Below, in pieces: positions 47,170 to 55,762 of a stretch of DNA of 64,000 bases. Within the stretch, counting starts at the first letter, position 1. Every line of letters begins with the position of its first letter. The DNA comes from Bacilli bacterium (lineage in GTDB: Bacteria > Bacillota_I > Bacilli_A > ML615J-28 > CAG-698): NCBI GenBank assembly GCA_045577945.1, contig JAZNJG010000142.1, positions 1,516 through 65,515 on the forward strand, written 5' to 3'. Under the pieces are notes generated by a model that was not told the DNA's origin, did not search any database, and saw only the letters and a list, made by a program, of their open reading frames with translations. The position numbers and the translations under genes were made by a program.

Positions 47170-48363
47170 CTATTTAATAGCATCCATTTTAATTTCAGCA
47201 ATAACAGCACACGCTCCCAACCAAGGATTGTATGCGGTTTTAGTTATGTTCAATTGATGGTATTTATAGTATTTCTGTGAATTAACTACAATTTCCCAAG
47301 TTGCACCTTGAGCAGTTACATCATTTGTCCAATCGCAAATATGTTCCCAAGTGGCGTTATCATTTGAACCCAAAACAGTTCCAGCAGTAACGCCTTTATG
47401 TCCAGAAGAATTCGAAGTTGTAATTGTAAGTTTTTTTAACTTCAAAGCTTTTGGATTATACATTATCAACCACTGTGGCATACCACCACTTGAGTGCCAA
47501 ATTGTACTAGTGTTATTGTCAAAAGCATTCCAATAAGCACCACTATATACACTCTTACCAGTAACAGCAAAGCTGTCACCGCCTAAAGTTCCATTAGCGG
47601 TTAAAACTGGTTGTTTGAATATGTTGTCATAAACCAATGTACTTCCGTTATATATTTTCGATATTTCCGTTGAACCAAAATATATTCTACTCATCTCTTT
47701 AGGTGGAACTGTAACAATATAATCATAATCATCGGCAGTACTTTCAATTCCTTTAGTACCTCTCCACCATTCTTCACCATTTATTTTGATGTAGGATTTT
47801 CTAAGGTCGATTGAACCACTAGTAAAAGCAGCCGCATAGTATTTACCGCCCGCTTGAAAGTCAGCACCAATAGCTATGTTATATCCAGAAGTAATAGGAG
47901 TGGTAACACTTGATGAAGCTTCTGGTGTGTAGATAACTCCATCAGTAGACAAACTTAGCTCGTACCCTGTTTCAGGATTATAAGAAGCTTTTGCATAATA
48001 GTCTTTGTTTACTTCAAGAGTAGTAGTTCCAGTAATTCCAAATAATAGGGTACTTGTATTGTTGGCATAAGCACCAAAATATAAATTATTTTTACCAGTA
48101 ACAACAACGTCAACAGGTTGATAAGCAACGCTTGAGGAGTTAAATAAACTCCTGCTAACACCTAAAGCACTCAAATTGAACTTAGCAACTATATCCCAAC
48201 TGTTTGAGTTAGGGCTAAAGTTCTCAGGCAACACAAGCCAACTCGTTGAACTGAAACCACTAGCAATACCATTCTCAATAGTTGGAGAGCCTACAACTGT
48301 TACATTAGGCTCTGTTCCGTACTTGTAATATTTCTTCAACACTGGATTCAAATACACAGGCAT
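47170..48363 (-). CDS. tail fibre/receptor-binding protein B
   Basis: 397 aa, Ser/Thr/Gly/Asn-rich; upstream of Tfa copy 2. Confidence 0.55.
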   Translation of the reverse strand: MPVYLNPVLKKYYKYGTEPNVTVVGSPTIENGIASGFSSTSWLVLPENFSPNSNSWDIVAKFNLSALGVSRSLFNSSSVAYQPVDVVVTGKNNLYFGAYANNTSTLLFGITGTTTLEVNKDYYAKASYNPETGYELSLSTDGVIYTPEASSSVTTPITSGYNIAIGADFQAGGKYYAAAFTSGSIDLRKSYIKINGEEWWRGTKGIESTADDYDYIVTVPPKEMSRIYFGSTEISKIYNGSTLVYDNIFKQPVLTANGTLGGDSFAVTGKSVYSGAYWNAFDNNTSTIWHSSGGMPQWLIMYNPKALKLKKLTITTSNSSGHKGVTAGTVLGSNDNATWEHICDWTNDVTAQGATWEIVVNSQKYYKYHQLNITKTAYNPWLGACAVIAEIKMDAIK

Positions 48364-48366
48364 GGC

Positions 48367-49410
48367 TTAGACCTCCGGTATGCAATATAGCACACCTTCT
48401 TCTGGTTCGACTGGTAAAACAGATACAAGCTTAATTTTATTTGATTCAGAGCTAATTATTTCTTCTAACCCAGAACCTCTATAATTCCCACCGTCTATAT
48501 CAACCTTTCCATTTAAGGCTTCAGTGATTGCTCCAATATTAATTTCAGTCTCTTCGCGTTTAGTGTTACCAACGTAGAAATAAAGATACTTCTTATTCTG
48601 AACTTCTTTATATTTAGTAGAAGATAAATCAGCGACTATACCTGATTTTGTTGGGTCTGTGGTAATACCTGTTGCTAAATACCCTGATGTTTGAGTATTT
48701 TGACCAGTTGTAGTGCCAACATTTTCTCCGTATGATGTTGTTAATCCTGACAATAATTGTGTATTATTGTTAACCCAACTTGTTAAACCCCTATCATTAG
48801 TTCCATCGGTCAACCCCAAAGCCATTCCATTACCAACAACAGGATAAGTTTTTTGCAAATCAAGCTCATCACTTATCTTTCTCGGTAACTTAAATCTCTT
48901 ATTCTCTTCATCTAAGATATAATACCAAGCAGCTCCAGTTAAATTATAAATCTGTTCAACAAGATTTGATTGATCCGGTAATACAATCTTATAATTTTTA
49001 GACGTCATATAGTATGTAATGAGTAACCCATTAACTAATTCAGTAGTTGGCTCAACTACTAAAGCTTTCTCATTAACTAATTCATTATATGCAGTATAAT
49101 AGATATCTCCATCTTGCCAAGAAAATGTGTCTGCTCTAATAAAACTCGCGTCAGTTAGTTTATGATCCTGCCAAGTATGAAAAAATAAAGGTAAAGCAGC
49201 TCCACCACCTAAACTAATTTCTTTCCAAAACAAACTATCTGATAAATTATTTCCTAAATTATTATCAGTGAGAGATTGATATAGTTTAATTTCTTCAGAA
49301 TCAGCTGAAATAACTGTATTATTAATATTATATGATTTTTCTGGTGAGTAATTGAAAATACCAATTGTATTATCTAAATCTTTAACTAAATTTTGAGGTA
49401 ATTTTATCAT
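48367..49410 (-). CDS. tail fibre/baseplate-associated protein (347 aa)
   Basis: structural-type composition; RBS 'aaggagg'; poly-G leader and late promoter upstream. Confidence 0.5.
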   Translation of the reverse strand: MIKLPQNLVKDLDNTIGIFNYSPEKSYNINNTVISADSEEIKLYQSLTDNNLGNNLSDSLFWKEISLGGGAALPLFFHTWQDHKLTDASFIRADTFSWQDGDIYYTAYNELVNEKALVVEPTTELVNGLLITYYMTSKNYKIVLPDQSNLVEQIYNLTGAAWYYILDEENKRFKLPRKISDELDLQKTYPVVGNGMALGLTDGTNDRGLTSWVNNNTQLLSGLTTSYGENVGTTTGQNTQTSGYLATGITTDPTKSGIVADLSSTKYKEVQNKKYLYFYVGNTKREETEINIGAITEALNGKVDIDGGNYRGSGLEEIISSESNKIKLVSVLPVEPEEGVLYCIPEV

Positions 49411-49446
49411 TATTAAATTACCTCCTTAATTTTTAATAGAGAGGAA

Positions 49447-49456
49447 TTACCTAGCG
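49447..49456 (-). repeat. homopolymeric (C)10/(G)10 tract in the 5' leader of the tail fibre gene
   Basis: the only mononucleotide G/C run of 8 or more in this AT-rich window; 37-46 nt upstream of the ATG at 49410, downstream of the late motif. Confidence 0.8.
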
Positions 49457-49537
49457 CCCCCCCCCCAGTCTAACATTGAAAAAATATGTTTATTGAACAT
49501 TTTAATCCCTTTCTATTAAAACTTATCTTTATACAAT

Positions 49538-49545
49538 TATTTATA
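49538..49545 (-). promoter_or_regulatory. T4-type late promoter motif TATAAATA (minus strand)
   Basis: + strand 'caattatttatata'; motif recurs upstream of other minus-strand structural genes. Confidence 0.45.
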
Positions 49546-49549
49546 TAAA

Positions 49550-49585
49550 ATAAAAGTGTCTATTTTTGAAATAGACACTTTTATT
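49550..49585 (-). terminator. terminator after the repeat-containing fibre gene
   Basis: 13-bp stem 'aaaagtgtctattt/aaatagacactttt'. Confidence 0.55.
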
Positions 49586-49606
49586 ATCTTTTATTTAGAA
49601 TAAAAA

Positions 49607-51043
49607 TTAGCCTGTGATAACTGCTTTATAAGTATCAGCAGCAACACCAGAAGCAGCATTGATTTTAACTACAACGCTATTATTTGATTGAACGATAGTA
49701 GCAAAAACAACTTGACCTGTAGCAGCTTCTTTCAACTGAACTGTAGCATCTTCACCGAATGTATGTTCAATTGTCCATGTTGCAACACCAGAAGTAGCTG
49801 ATAATTCAGGGTTATTAACAACTAGCTTGTGAGAAGCAGCAGCTGCTGCAGCCAAAGCTTCTTCTTTTGCAGAATTAATTGAACCTTCTAATTCAGTTTT
49901 TTGAGCTGTTACATTTTCAATTGTTGCGTATGTTTTAGCAACATCTTCTGATGTGATATAAGCAGACAAATCAACAGTTTCTGATAATTTATCCCATCCA
50001 GCATCAGTCCAAGCATAATTAGCACCTGTTTCTGTAATATTATAAACATCACCAATTACTTGACCTTCTGAAGGCAAATCAGAGAAAGTAGCAACTGAAC
50101 CTTTGAATTTATAAACAGATGAAACTTTTGCATCAACTTCTGCTTTTGTATAAGCATCACCAATACCGTAACCTGCTAAAGTTGTTGCTTTATCAGCTTT
50201 TCCTTCCAAAGCAGCAGCAACACCACCTGATTTAACAGGGTTTGTAGATTCAGCGGTTGGAACATCATCAAAAGTTAATACATCTTGTTTTTTAGCTAAT
50301 TCAGTTGTTAATGATGTTTCATTAACGTATTTAGAATCGTTAGTCAAATCAGACAATTTAGTTGGAACATCAGCAGCATTTGCTTTAACTGATAAACCAC
50401 TTACTAATTGTTTAACATTAACAGCAGCTGTTTCAGAAGTACCTTCAGCAACTTCTAATGCAGTAGCAATCTTAACAATACCTTTTACAGAATCAGAAGC
50501 TTCAGGTAATGCACTCCAAGAAGCTGCTTCACCGTTAGTTGTTAAATATTTACCTTCATTTCCTGCTTGAGCTGGTAATGAATCTTTAGCATTGACTAAA
50601 TTATCAACTTCAGTTTTTGTATAAGCATCACTAATGTTGTATCCAGCTAAAGTTGTAGCTTTGTCAGCTTTAGCAGCAACTGCACCATCAACTTCAGTTT
50701 TTGTATAAGCATCAGCGATACCATAACCTGCCAATGAAGTAGCTTTATCAGCCTTAGCATTAACAGCAGTATCAACTTCAGTTTTTGTATAAGCGTTTTC
50801 GATTCCATAACCTGCTAAAGTTGTTGCTTTGTCAGCTTTAGCATCAAAAGAAGCTTGTAATTCTTCTAAAGTTGTATATGAAACCCATTTAGTATTCTCA
50901 TAGCAATAAAATTTATGAGAAGCTGTGTTATAATAAATTTGACCTTCAACAGGATTTGCAGGAGCTGTTGATAAATTCTGAACAACGGCATTTTGCAATT
51001 CATTCTTATTAAGATCAAGCGATGTTAAAAATTTATATGACAT
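49607..51043 (-). CDS. fibrous structural protein with 28-aa tandem repeats
   Basis: five copies of '(A/G)KADKAT(T/S)LAGYGI.(D/N)AYTK(T/A)EVD'. Confidence 0.6.
   Translation of the reverse strand: MSYKFLTSLDLNKNELQNAVVQNLSTAPANPVEGQIYYNTASHKFYCYENTKWVSYTTLEELQASFDAKADKATTLAGYGIENAYTKTEVDTAVNAKADKATSLAGYGIADAYTKTEVDGAVAAKADKATTLAGYNISDAYTKTEVDNLVNAKDSLPAQAGNEGKYLTTNGEAASWSALPEASDSVKGIVKIATALEVAEGTSETAAVNVKQLVSGLSVKANAADVPTKLSDLTNDSKYVNETSLTTELAKKQDVLTFDDVPTAESTNPVKSGGVAAALEGKADKATTLAGYGIGDAYTKAEVDAKVSSVYKFKGSVATFSDLPSEGQVIGDVYNITETGANYAWTDAGWDKLSETVDLSAYITSEDVAKTYATIENVTAQKTELEGSINSAKEEALAAAAAASHKLVVNNPELSATSGVATWTIEHTFGEDATVQLKEAATGQVVFATIVQSNNSVVVKINAASGVAADTYKAVITG
50603..50854 (-). repeat. 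3 x 84-bp tandem DNA repeats (plus a dispersed copy at ~50132)
   Basis: repeat starts at 50603, 50687 and 50771, 'atcaacttcagtttttgtataagc...'. Confidence 0.7.
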
Positions 51044-51067
51044 ATATGTTCATCCTTTTAGTTTATG

Positions 51068-51952
51068 TTAATTTAAATAGGCTTTTCCTGAAAATGATAG
51101 TGAAAAACTTACTATTAATTTAGATTTATCAATATATTGAACATCACCAACAACAGCAGTCATTGCTGAATCAACAATTGTTACGCTTGGAAATTTATTT
51201 AAGTTGTGAACGATTTCCCATTTTTTACTGGCAACATCTTGCTCAAATACAAAAGTATTTGATGTAACTGTTGATGAAACTGATAAAATACCACCTTCAT
51301 CAATATTCAATCCAGCACCAACAACAACACCACCTAATTGTTCATTAGTAGCTTTTGGTAGTTCATAATCTTTTGGTTTATCTTTTAAATCATTATAACT
51401 ACCTGTTGTTGCAACCATTGCAAGTTTTGAGCGTTCTTCTGATATTAAATCATCAACTTCTTTTTTAGTATAGTAGTTGGATAAATCAATATCAGTTGAA
51501 CCAATCATTTCATACTTATTATCTATCCAAATATATTCTTCATATACATTACTCAATTTAGTATCTTTTTTAGGAATAAAGTATATTGTACTACCTTGTC
51601 CTTTTTCTGGTAAAACATCAAGTATTACAAATTTAACTGTTTCAATTTTACCAATAGCTACTTTAATTGAGTTTTCAACATAATCTGAATCAACATAATT
51701 TGAATCATTTTTAAGTTGACTTGTTTTAGTTGGCACAATAGCTGATATTACATCATTCTTAATAATAATATTTTCACCAGCTTCATAAACAATACCTTCT
51801 TTAATATTTAAATCTTTTGTTGAAAGATTGCCAACTAATTTTACATTATTAATTGCAGGTAAATTTAATAAGCTGTTATAATCTGTTCCAGGTGGTATAA
51901 CATTAAATTTAATCGAACTATTATTTGTTGTTGTATTAGTATTTCTTAACAT
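51068..51952 (-). CDS. tail fibre-like structural protein (294 aa)
   Basis: Asn/Thr/Ser-rich N-terminus; in the structural block. Confidence 0.45.
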   Translation of the reverse strand: MLRNTNTTTNNSSIKFNVIPPGTDYNSLLNLPAINNVKLVGNLSTKDLNIKEGIVYEAGENIIIKNDVISAIVPTKTSQLKNDSNYVDSDYVENSIKVAIGKIETVKFVILDVLPEKGQGSTIYFIPKKDTKLSNVYEEYIWIDNKYEMIGSTDIDLSNYYTKKEVDDLISEERSKLAMVATTGSYNDLKDKPKDYELPKATNEQLGGVVVGAGLNIDEGGILSVSSTVTSNTFVFEQDVASKKWEIVHNLNKFPSVTIVDSAMTAVVGDVQYIDKSKLIVSFSLSFSGKAYLN

Positions 51953-52266
51953 TTAACGAGCTCTGGTAAGATTTTAAAATATATATTAGTTAATGTAGTA
52001 TATTCTTTACCATATGAATCAACAACCTTCAAAGCTCCATAAATACCACCAACAGGTAATTGTTTTGTTTCTTCTTTAGTAAAAAACAATTCAATCTTTT
52101 GACCATTTAAATTTTCATAAGTTTTAGTAATTGGACCTAATGTGAAAATTATACGATAATCAGATAAATCTTCAACATCAGTTGTTGCTAAAACTATTTT
52201 TTGGTCCATGAAATCACTATCATCACCTTGTCTTATAACTATAGGTTTCATTAAATATAAATCCAT
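51946..52266 (-). CDS. hypothetical structural-module protein (106 aa)
   Basis: ORF with late motif TATAAATA about 30 nt upstream (52294..52301). Confidence 0.4.
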   Translation of the reverse strand: MDLYLMKPIVIRQGDDSDFMDQKIVLATTDVEDLSDYRIIFTLGPITKTYENLNGQKIELFFTKEETKQLPVGGIYGALKVVDSYGKEYTTLTNIYFKILPELVKC

Positions 52267-52293
52267 ATTTCAAGTTCTATACTATATAATTAT

Positions 52294-52301
52294 TTATACA
52301 A
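52294..52301 (-). promoter_or_regulatory. late promoter motif TATAAATA (minus strand)
   Basis: + strand 'aattatttata', ~30 nt upstream of the minus-strand ATG at 52266. Confidence 0.4.
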
Positions 52302-52363
52302 ACAAAAAATGTCTAATATTTATATATTAGACATTTGATAAATATATTTTCTATATTTTTATA

Positions 52364-52705
52364 TTATTTTCTAAGCAATTTCTTCCACCAAGGCTTCTTA
52401 GTACTTTTTTTAATTTCTTCTCTGTGTGAAGTAATAATATTATCATTTTCATTTAGTAATGATTCGATATCATTATATGTAACAGATGCTTTATAGTATT
52501 CTAATGATGGTTGAAATAAAATAATATTTTTAATTCTTTGAACAGTTTTTCCACCTTTAGTTTTACCTTGTTTAATATGGCTGATTGTTGATTGTGGTAT
52601 ATTAAATTTTTGTGAGAATTGACTTTGAGTCATTTTATTTGTTTTTAAGTAATCTTGTAACATTACACTTACATCAAATACATTCAATTTCATAACTAAC
52701 TCCAA
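52364..52705 (-). CDS. XRE-family helix-turn-helix DNA-binding protein
   Basis: 'KMTQSQFSQKFNIPQSTISHIKQGK'. Confidence 0.55.
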   Translation of the reverse strand: MELVMKLNVFDVSVMLQDYLKTNKMTQSQFSQKFNIPQSTISHIKQGKTKGGKTVQRIKNIILFQPSLEYYKASVTYNDIESLLNENDNIITSHREEIKKSTKKPWWKKLLRK

Positions 52706-52771
52706 ATAATGTTAAATTAAATACATTTTTAATATAATATAAATTTTATATATTTCAACTAAATTTTTTTG

Positions 52772-52800
52772 TTGATTATATTAAAAATTTATTATATAAT
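52772..52800 (+). promoter_or_regulatory. early sigma70-like promoter
   Basis: TTGATT-17-TATAAT. Confidence 0.6.
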
Positions 52801-52834
52801 ATCATTATATAGTTGATATTGAAAGGTTGTTAGT

Positions 52835-53215
52835 ATGGAATACAATTGGCAAGAAATTCAAGAAGAATGTACTGATATTGCTATCGTAGCTGAAGCAAAT
52901 GAAGTTAGTCTTATGATGAGTGAAGGTATTAAATACTCAATTCATGATATGATATCAAATAAAAGTGTTGGTTATATGTATGATATATGTGGTAATGCAC
53001 TTATTAAATTTAAAGATCAAAGAGGTTCATTTGCAAAAGCATATAAAAAGTTTATTCAAACAGTTGAAGAAATATATAGTACAGATATTTTTAATCTATA
53101 TATGCATTCATCAAGACAAGAATTAAGAGTTAACAAAGCTGTTGCATTCGCTGTTGCTAATCATATTAATAATAAGTATAAAGCAAATGTATATGTAAAG
53201 TGGTATGAAGATTAG
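52835..53215 (+). CDS. hypothetical protein (126 aa)
   Basis: ORF after the early promoter. Confidence 0.4.
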   Translation: MEYNWQEIQEECTDIAIVAEANEVSLMMSEGIKYSIHDMISNKSVGYMYDICGNALIKFKDQRGSFAKAYKKFIQTVEEIYSTDIFNLYMHSSRQELRVNKAVAFAVANHINNKYKANVYVKWYED

Positions 53216-53438
53216 AGAGGAAGATATGTTTACAATTAAAGATTTGGTTGATGATTTTGAATCAAAAATTGGTTTGATACAAGATTGTCGAGTCGATAGA
53301 ATTAAAAAAGAACTTATTAAAGCTGGTTTGAATAAGGAACAAGCTGAATTTTTTGCTATGTTATGTGATGATTTGGAATCAGCTGGATTTAATCGTGGAT
53401 ATCAGACAGCATTGGAAATTCTAGATGACTCGTATTAA
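53205..53438 (+). CDS. hypothetical protein (77 aa)
   Basis: ORF. Confidence 0.35.
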   Translation: MKIREEDMFTIKDLVDDFESKIGLIQDCRVDRIKKELIKAGLNKEQAEFFAMLCDDLESAGFNRGYQTALEILDDSY

Positions 53439-53847
53439 TCTGGTAAATGTCGAAGAATTATCTGATCAACATTTAATTGCTGAATATAGAGAATTGCCTA
53501 GATGTATCAAACAAAATATTAACATATCAGATGCACCTAAAAAGTACTGTCTCAATAAAGGTCATATGAAATGGGCAAAGCTTCATTCGAGATGGTTAAT
53601 GAGAAGGTATTTAGATATTACATGGGAAATGCAATATAGAGGAATTAAAACAAACTACCCATTTTACAAGTTATATGAGATTTATGAAACTCAATACTAT
53701 ACAAAAGAATGTGATAATTGGTATAATCCAACTGATAGCGACATTCAACTATCGAAAAATAGAATTATTGAAAAATTTAATCTCAAACCAAATTGGTATA
53801 AATGGACCAAAAGACAACCACCTACATATTTAACAATAGAAAGATAA
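53425..53847 (+). CDS. denV: endonuclease V, pyrimidine-dimer DNA glycosylase (DenV)
   Basis: '[26 protein letters not shown]' vs T4 DenV '[26 protein letters not shown]'; 140 aa vs 138 aa. Confidence 0.85.
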   Translation: [140 protein letters not shown]

Positions 53848-53882
53848 ACCATCACATTTAATATAATAAGAAGGAATAATAC

Positions 53883-54293
53883 ATGAGCAAGTATAAATTA
53901 AATCACTTATATCAAAATAAAACAGATAAAACAAGTCTCTATTATATAAGCGAATGGAGTAGTGGTGAAATTTTAGTTGAAGAATTTAAACAAGTCGAAA
54001 ATCCATACTATTCATATGTATATGAAGATACTGATTTTGTTGTCAGCCCTGATGATTTTGAAAATTTAATCATCGAACATGTAATTGATTTGGGTGAACT
54101 AGAATCAACAGACTATTCTTTCAAAACAGTATTTAACCAAATACAACAAAGACATTTTGGTTCAAATACAGATAAAGTATTAGTTAAAGATAGAACAAAC
54201 GATTTAATTTGGGAATTAGATCATTCAAATGATATAGCTAAAGTTGATGTGTTTTTATCACTAGCTAAAAAGTATCATGAATTAATAGAATAA
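53883..54293 (+). CDS. hypothetical protein (136 aa)
   Basis: ORF. Confidence 0.4.
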   Translation: MSKYKLNHLYQNKTDKTSLYYISEWSSGEILVEEFKQVENPYYSYVYEDTDFVVSPDDFENLIIEHVIDLGELESTDYSFKTVFNQIQQRHFGSNTDKVLVKDRTNDLIWELDHSNDIAKVDVFLSLAKKYHELIE

Positions 54294-54332
54294 AAAATAG
54301 CGAGATTTATTTCTCGCTATTTTTTTTTAATA
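54294..54332. terminator. bidirectional terminator
   Basis: 'aaatagcgaga tttattt ctcgctattt' + T9. Confidence 0.6.
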
Positions 54333-55505
54333 TTTACCAGTAAATATAATATAAAACATTGTAAGGTAGGGTTGCATATTATTATGTGGTTGATTTCCTC
54401 CAACTGGAGATGTATATGCCCACCAGTTATCAAAATCTCGACCACCATTTGAACCATAGTGACCTTTACTAACTAATCCCCATGGATCATTTCCATACGC
54501 TTCTGAAAAAGGTGCAATATGTTTATGTTCTGGAATTTCTGACACTGTTAATTTATGTGTTGCTTCACCACCTTTACTACCAACATTATAACCACCACCT
54601 TGACCGACAGGAACACGACCACTCATATTTGGTAAAGCAAATGTTGTTTTACCATCACCTGCACCATAAATTGTACCAATTTTAGAAAATAAATCTTTAT
54701 ATGTTGTTCTGTTTAATAATCGACCATCACATTTCATCCAACCAGTTGGTATAGAACTTTCTACACCTGCATATAATTTAACTTCACCAACAAAAGTATT
54801 AGATTGAATTTGAATTCGTTGATTATTTGATGATCCAGTTGTTGATACTCTTAAACCAACATCAGAAGTAAATTTTGAGCCTAAATAATTTGCAGTATCA
54901 GTTGGAGATATCTTAACAAGACTAGTATCACCAACATCATCACTTGTTAGTAATTTATAACCACCTTTCGTTGTGCCGTCAAAGTAATACATTTTTTTAT
55001 CATCTTGTGAATATACTACTTTACCAGCAACACCAGTTTGCGATTTAATAACATTAGAAGTTGATTTCTTTATGATAAGCTCAATATTATCATTATTTAA
55101 ATCTAAGGTTGAATTATTAGTTAGAATTTTATCTTGTTCACCTTTATCATTCTCAATGAATAGATACTTTTTATCTGCACTCCATCCAAAATTTTTATAT
55201 TTTAACTTATTTGTATCATATAGTTTAATAATTGCATCACCAACTAAATCTGATCCAACTCGTATATTATTTTTAACATCTAATTCACCATTAATTTGAA
55301 GTGAATCGGTTATAACACCACCTTGTTTATCAAGCTTTTCATCATTAACTTCGTTGATTGCAGCAACAAGTGTTGTTTTTGATACAGTTGTAAGTAAATT
55401 TAAAACATCAACTGATAATTGATTATTCAATAAATCAATAGCAGCATTTGTTTTATCACACCATTCAAGAAATGTATCATCTAAAATTAATCTATTTAAA
55501 GCCAT
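54327..55505 (-). CDS. tail fibre protein with a C-terminal phage-tail-collar domain
   Basis: 'GEATHKLTVSEIPEHKH...GGNQPHNNMQPYLTMFYIIF' is a collar-domain (PF07484-type) motif. Confidence 0.6.
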   Translation of the reverse strand: MALNRLILDDTFLEWCDKTNAAIDLLNNQLSVDVLNLLTTVSKTTLVAAINEVNDEKLDKQGGVITDSLQINGELDVKNNIRVGSDLVGDAIIKLYDTNKLKYKNFGWSADKKYLFIENDKGEQDKILTNNSTLDLNNDNIELIIKKSTSNVIKSQTGVAGKVVYSQDDKKMYYFDGTTKGGYKLLTSDDVGDTSLVKISPTDTANYLGSKFTSDVGLRVSTTGSSNNQRIQIQSNTFVGEVKLYAGVESSIPTGWMKCDGRLLNRTTYKDLFSKIGTIYGAGDGKTTFALPNMSGRVPVGQGGGYNVGSKGGEATHKLTVSEIPEHKHIAPFSEAYGNDPWGLVSKGHYGSNGGRDFDNWWAYTSPVGGNQPHNNMQPYLTMFYIIFTGKY

Positions 55506-55516
55506 TTGTATATACC

Positions 55517-55711
55517 TTAGATAAGTTTCTCAATTATTTTTTCTAAATCTTTAATTTTATTTTCTAATTCTTCAATTTTTGCTGCTTGATCTTTTTTTGC
55601 TTTTTTCTTTTGACGATAAGCTGATAAAGCTTCAACATTAGAATTTAGAATAGCGTTAGAATCTAAATCCTTAACATAATCTTTTTCATCAGTGATTTTA
55701 ACTTCTCTCAT
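55517..55711 (-). CDS. small coiled-coil protein (64 aa)
   Basis: ORF with late motif at 55731..55738. Confidence 0.35.
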   Translation of the reverse strand: MREVKITDEKDYVKDLDSNAILNSNVEALSAYRQKKKAKKDQAAKIEELENKIKDLEKIIEKLI

Positions 55712-55730
55712 ATAGAAAACCTCTTTATAA

Positions 55731-55738
55731 TTATTTAT
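55731..55738 (-). promoter_or_regulatory. late promoter motif TATAAATA (minus strand)
   Basis: + strand 'aattatttata', ~20 nt upstream of the ATG at 55711. Confidence 0.4.
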
Positions 55739-55762
55739 AGAGAGGGAGTTACCTCCCTCAAA

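Noticed and set aside
49447-49456. Poly-C run as a frameshift-type switch within a coding sequence
   Set aside because: An in-frame TAA lies between the tract and the ATG of 48367..49410, and no upstream ORF runs through it. It is therefore in the leader or promoter region. The phase-variation idea is kept, but as an expression switch, not a translational one.
50603-50854. CRISPR-like array (regular repeats)
   Set aside because: The 84-bp units are in-frame coding repeats inside a fibre gene, with no spacer structure. No other array-like repeats were found.
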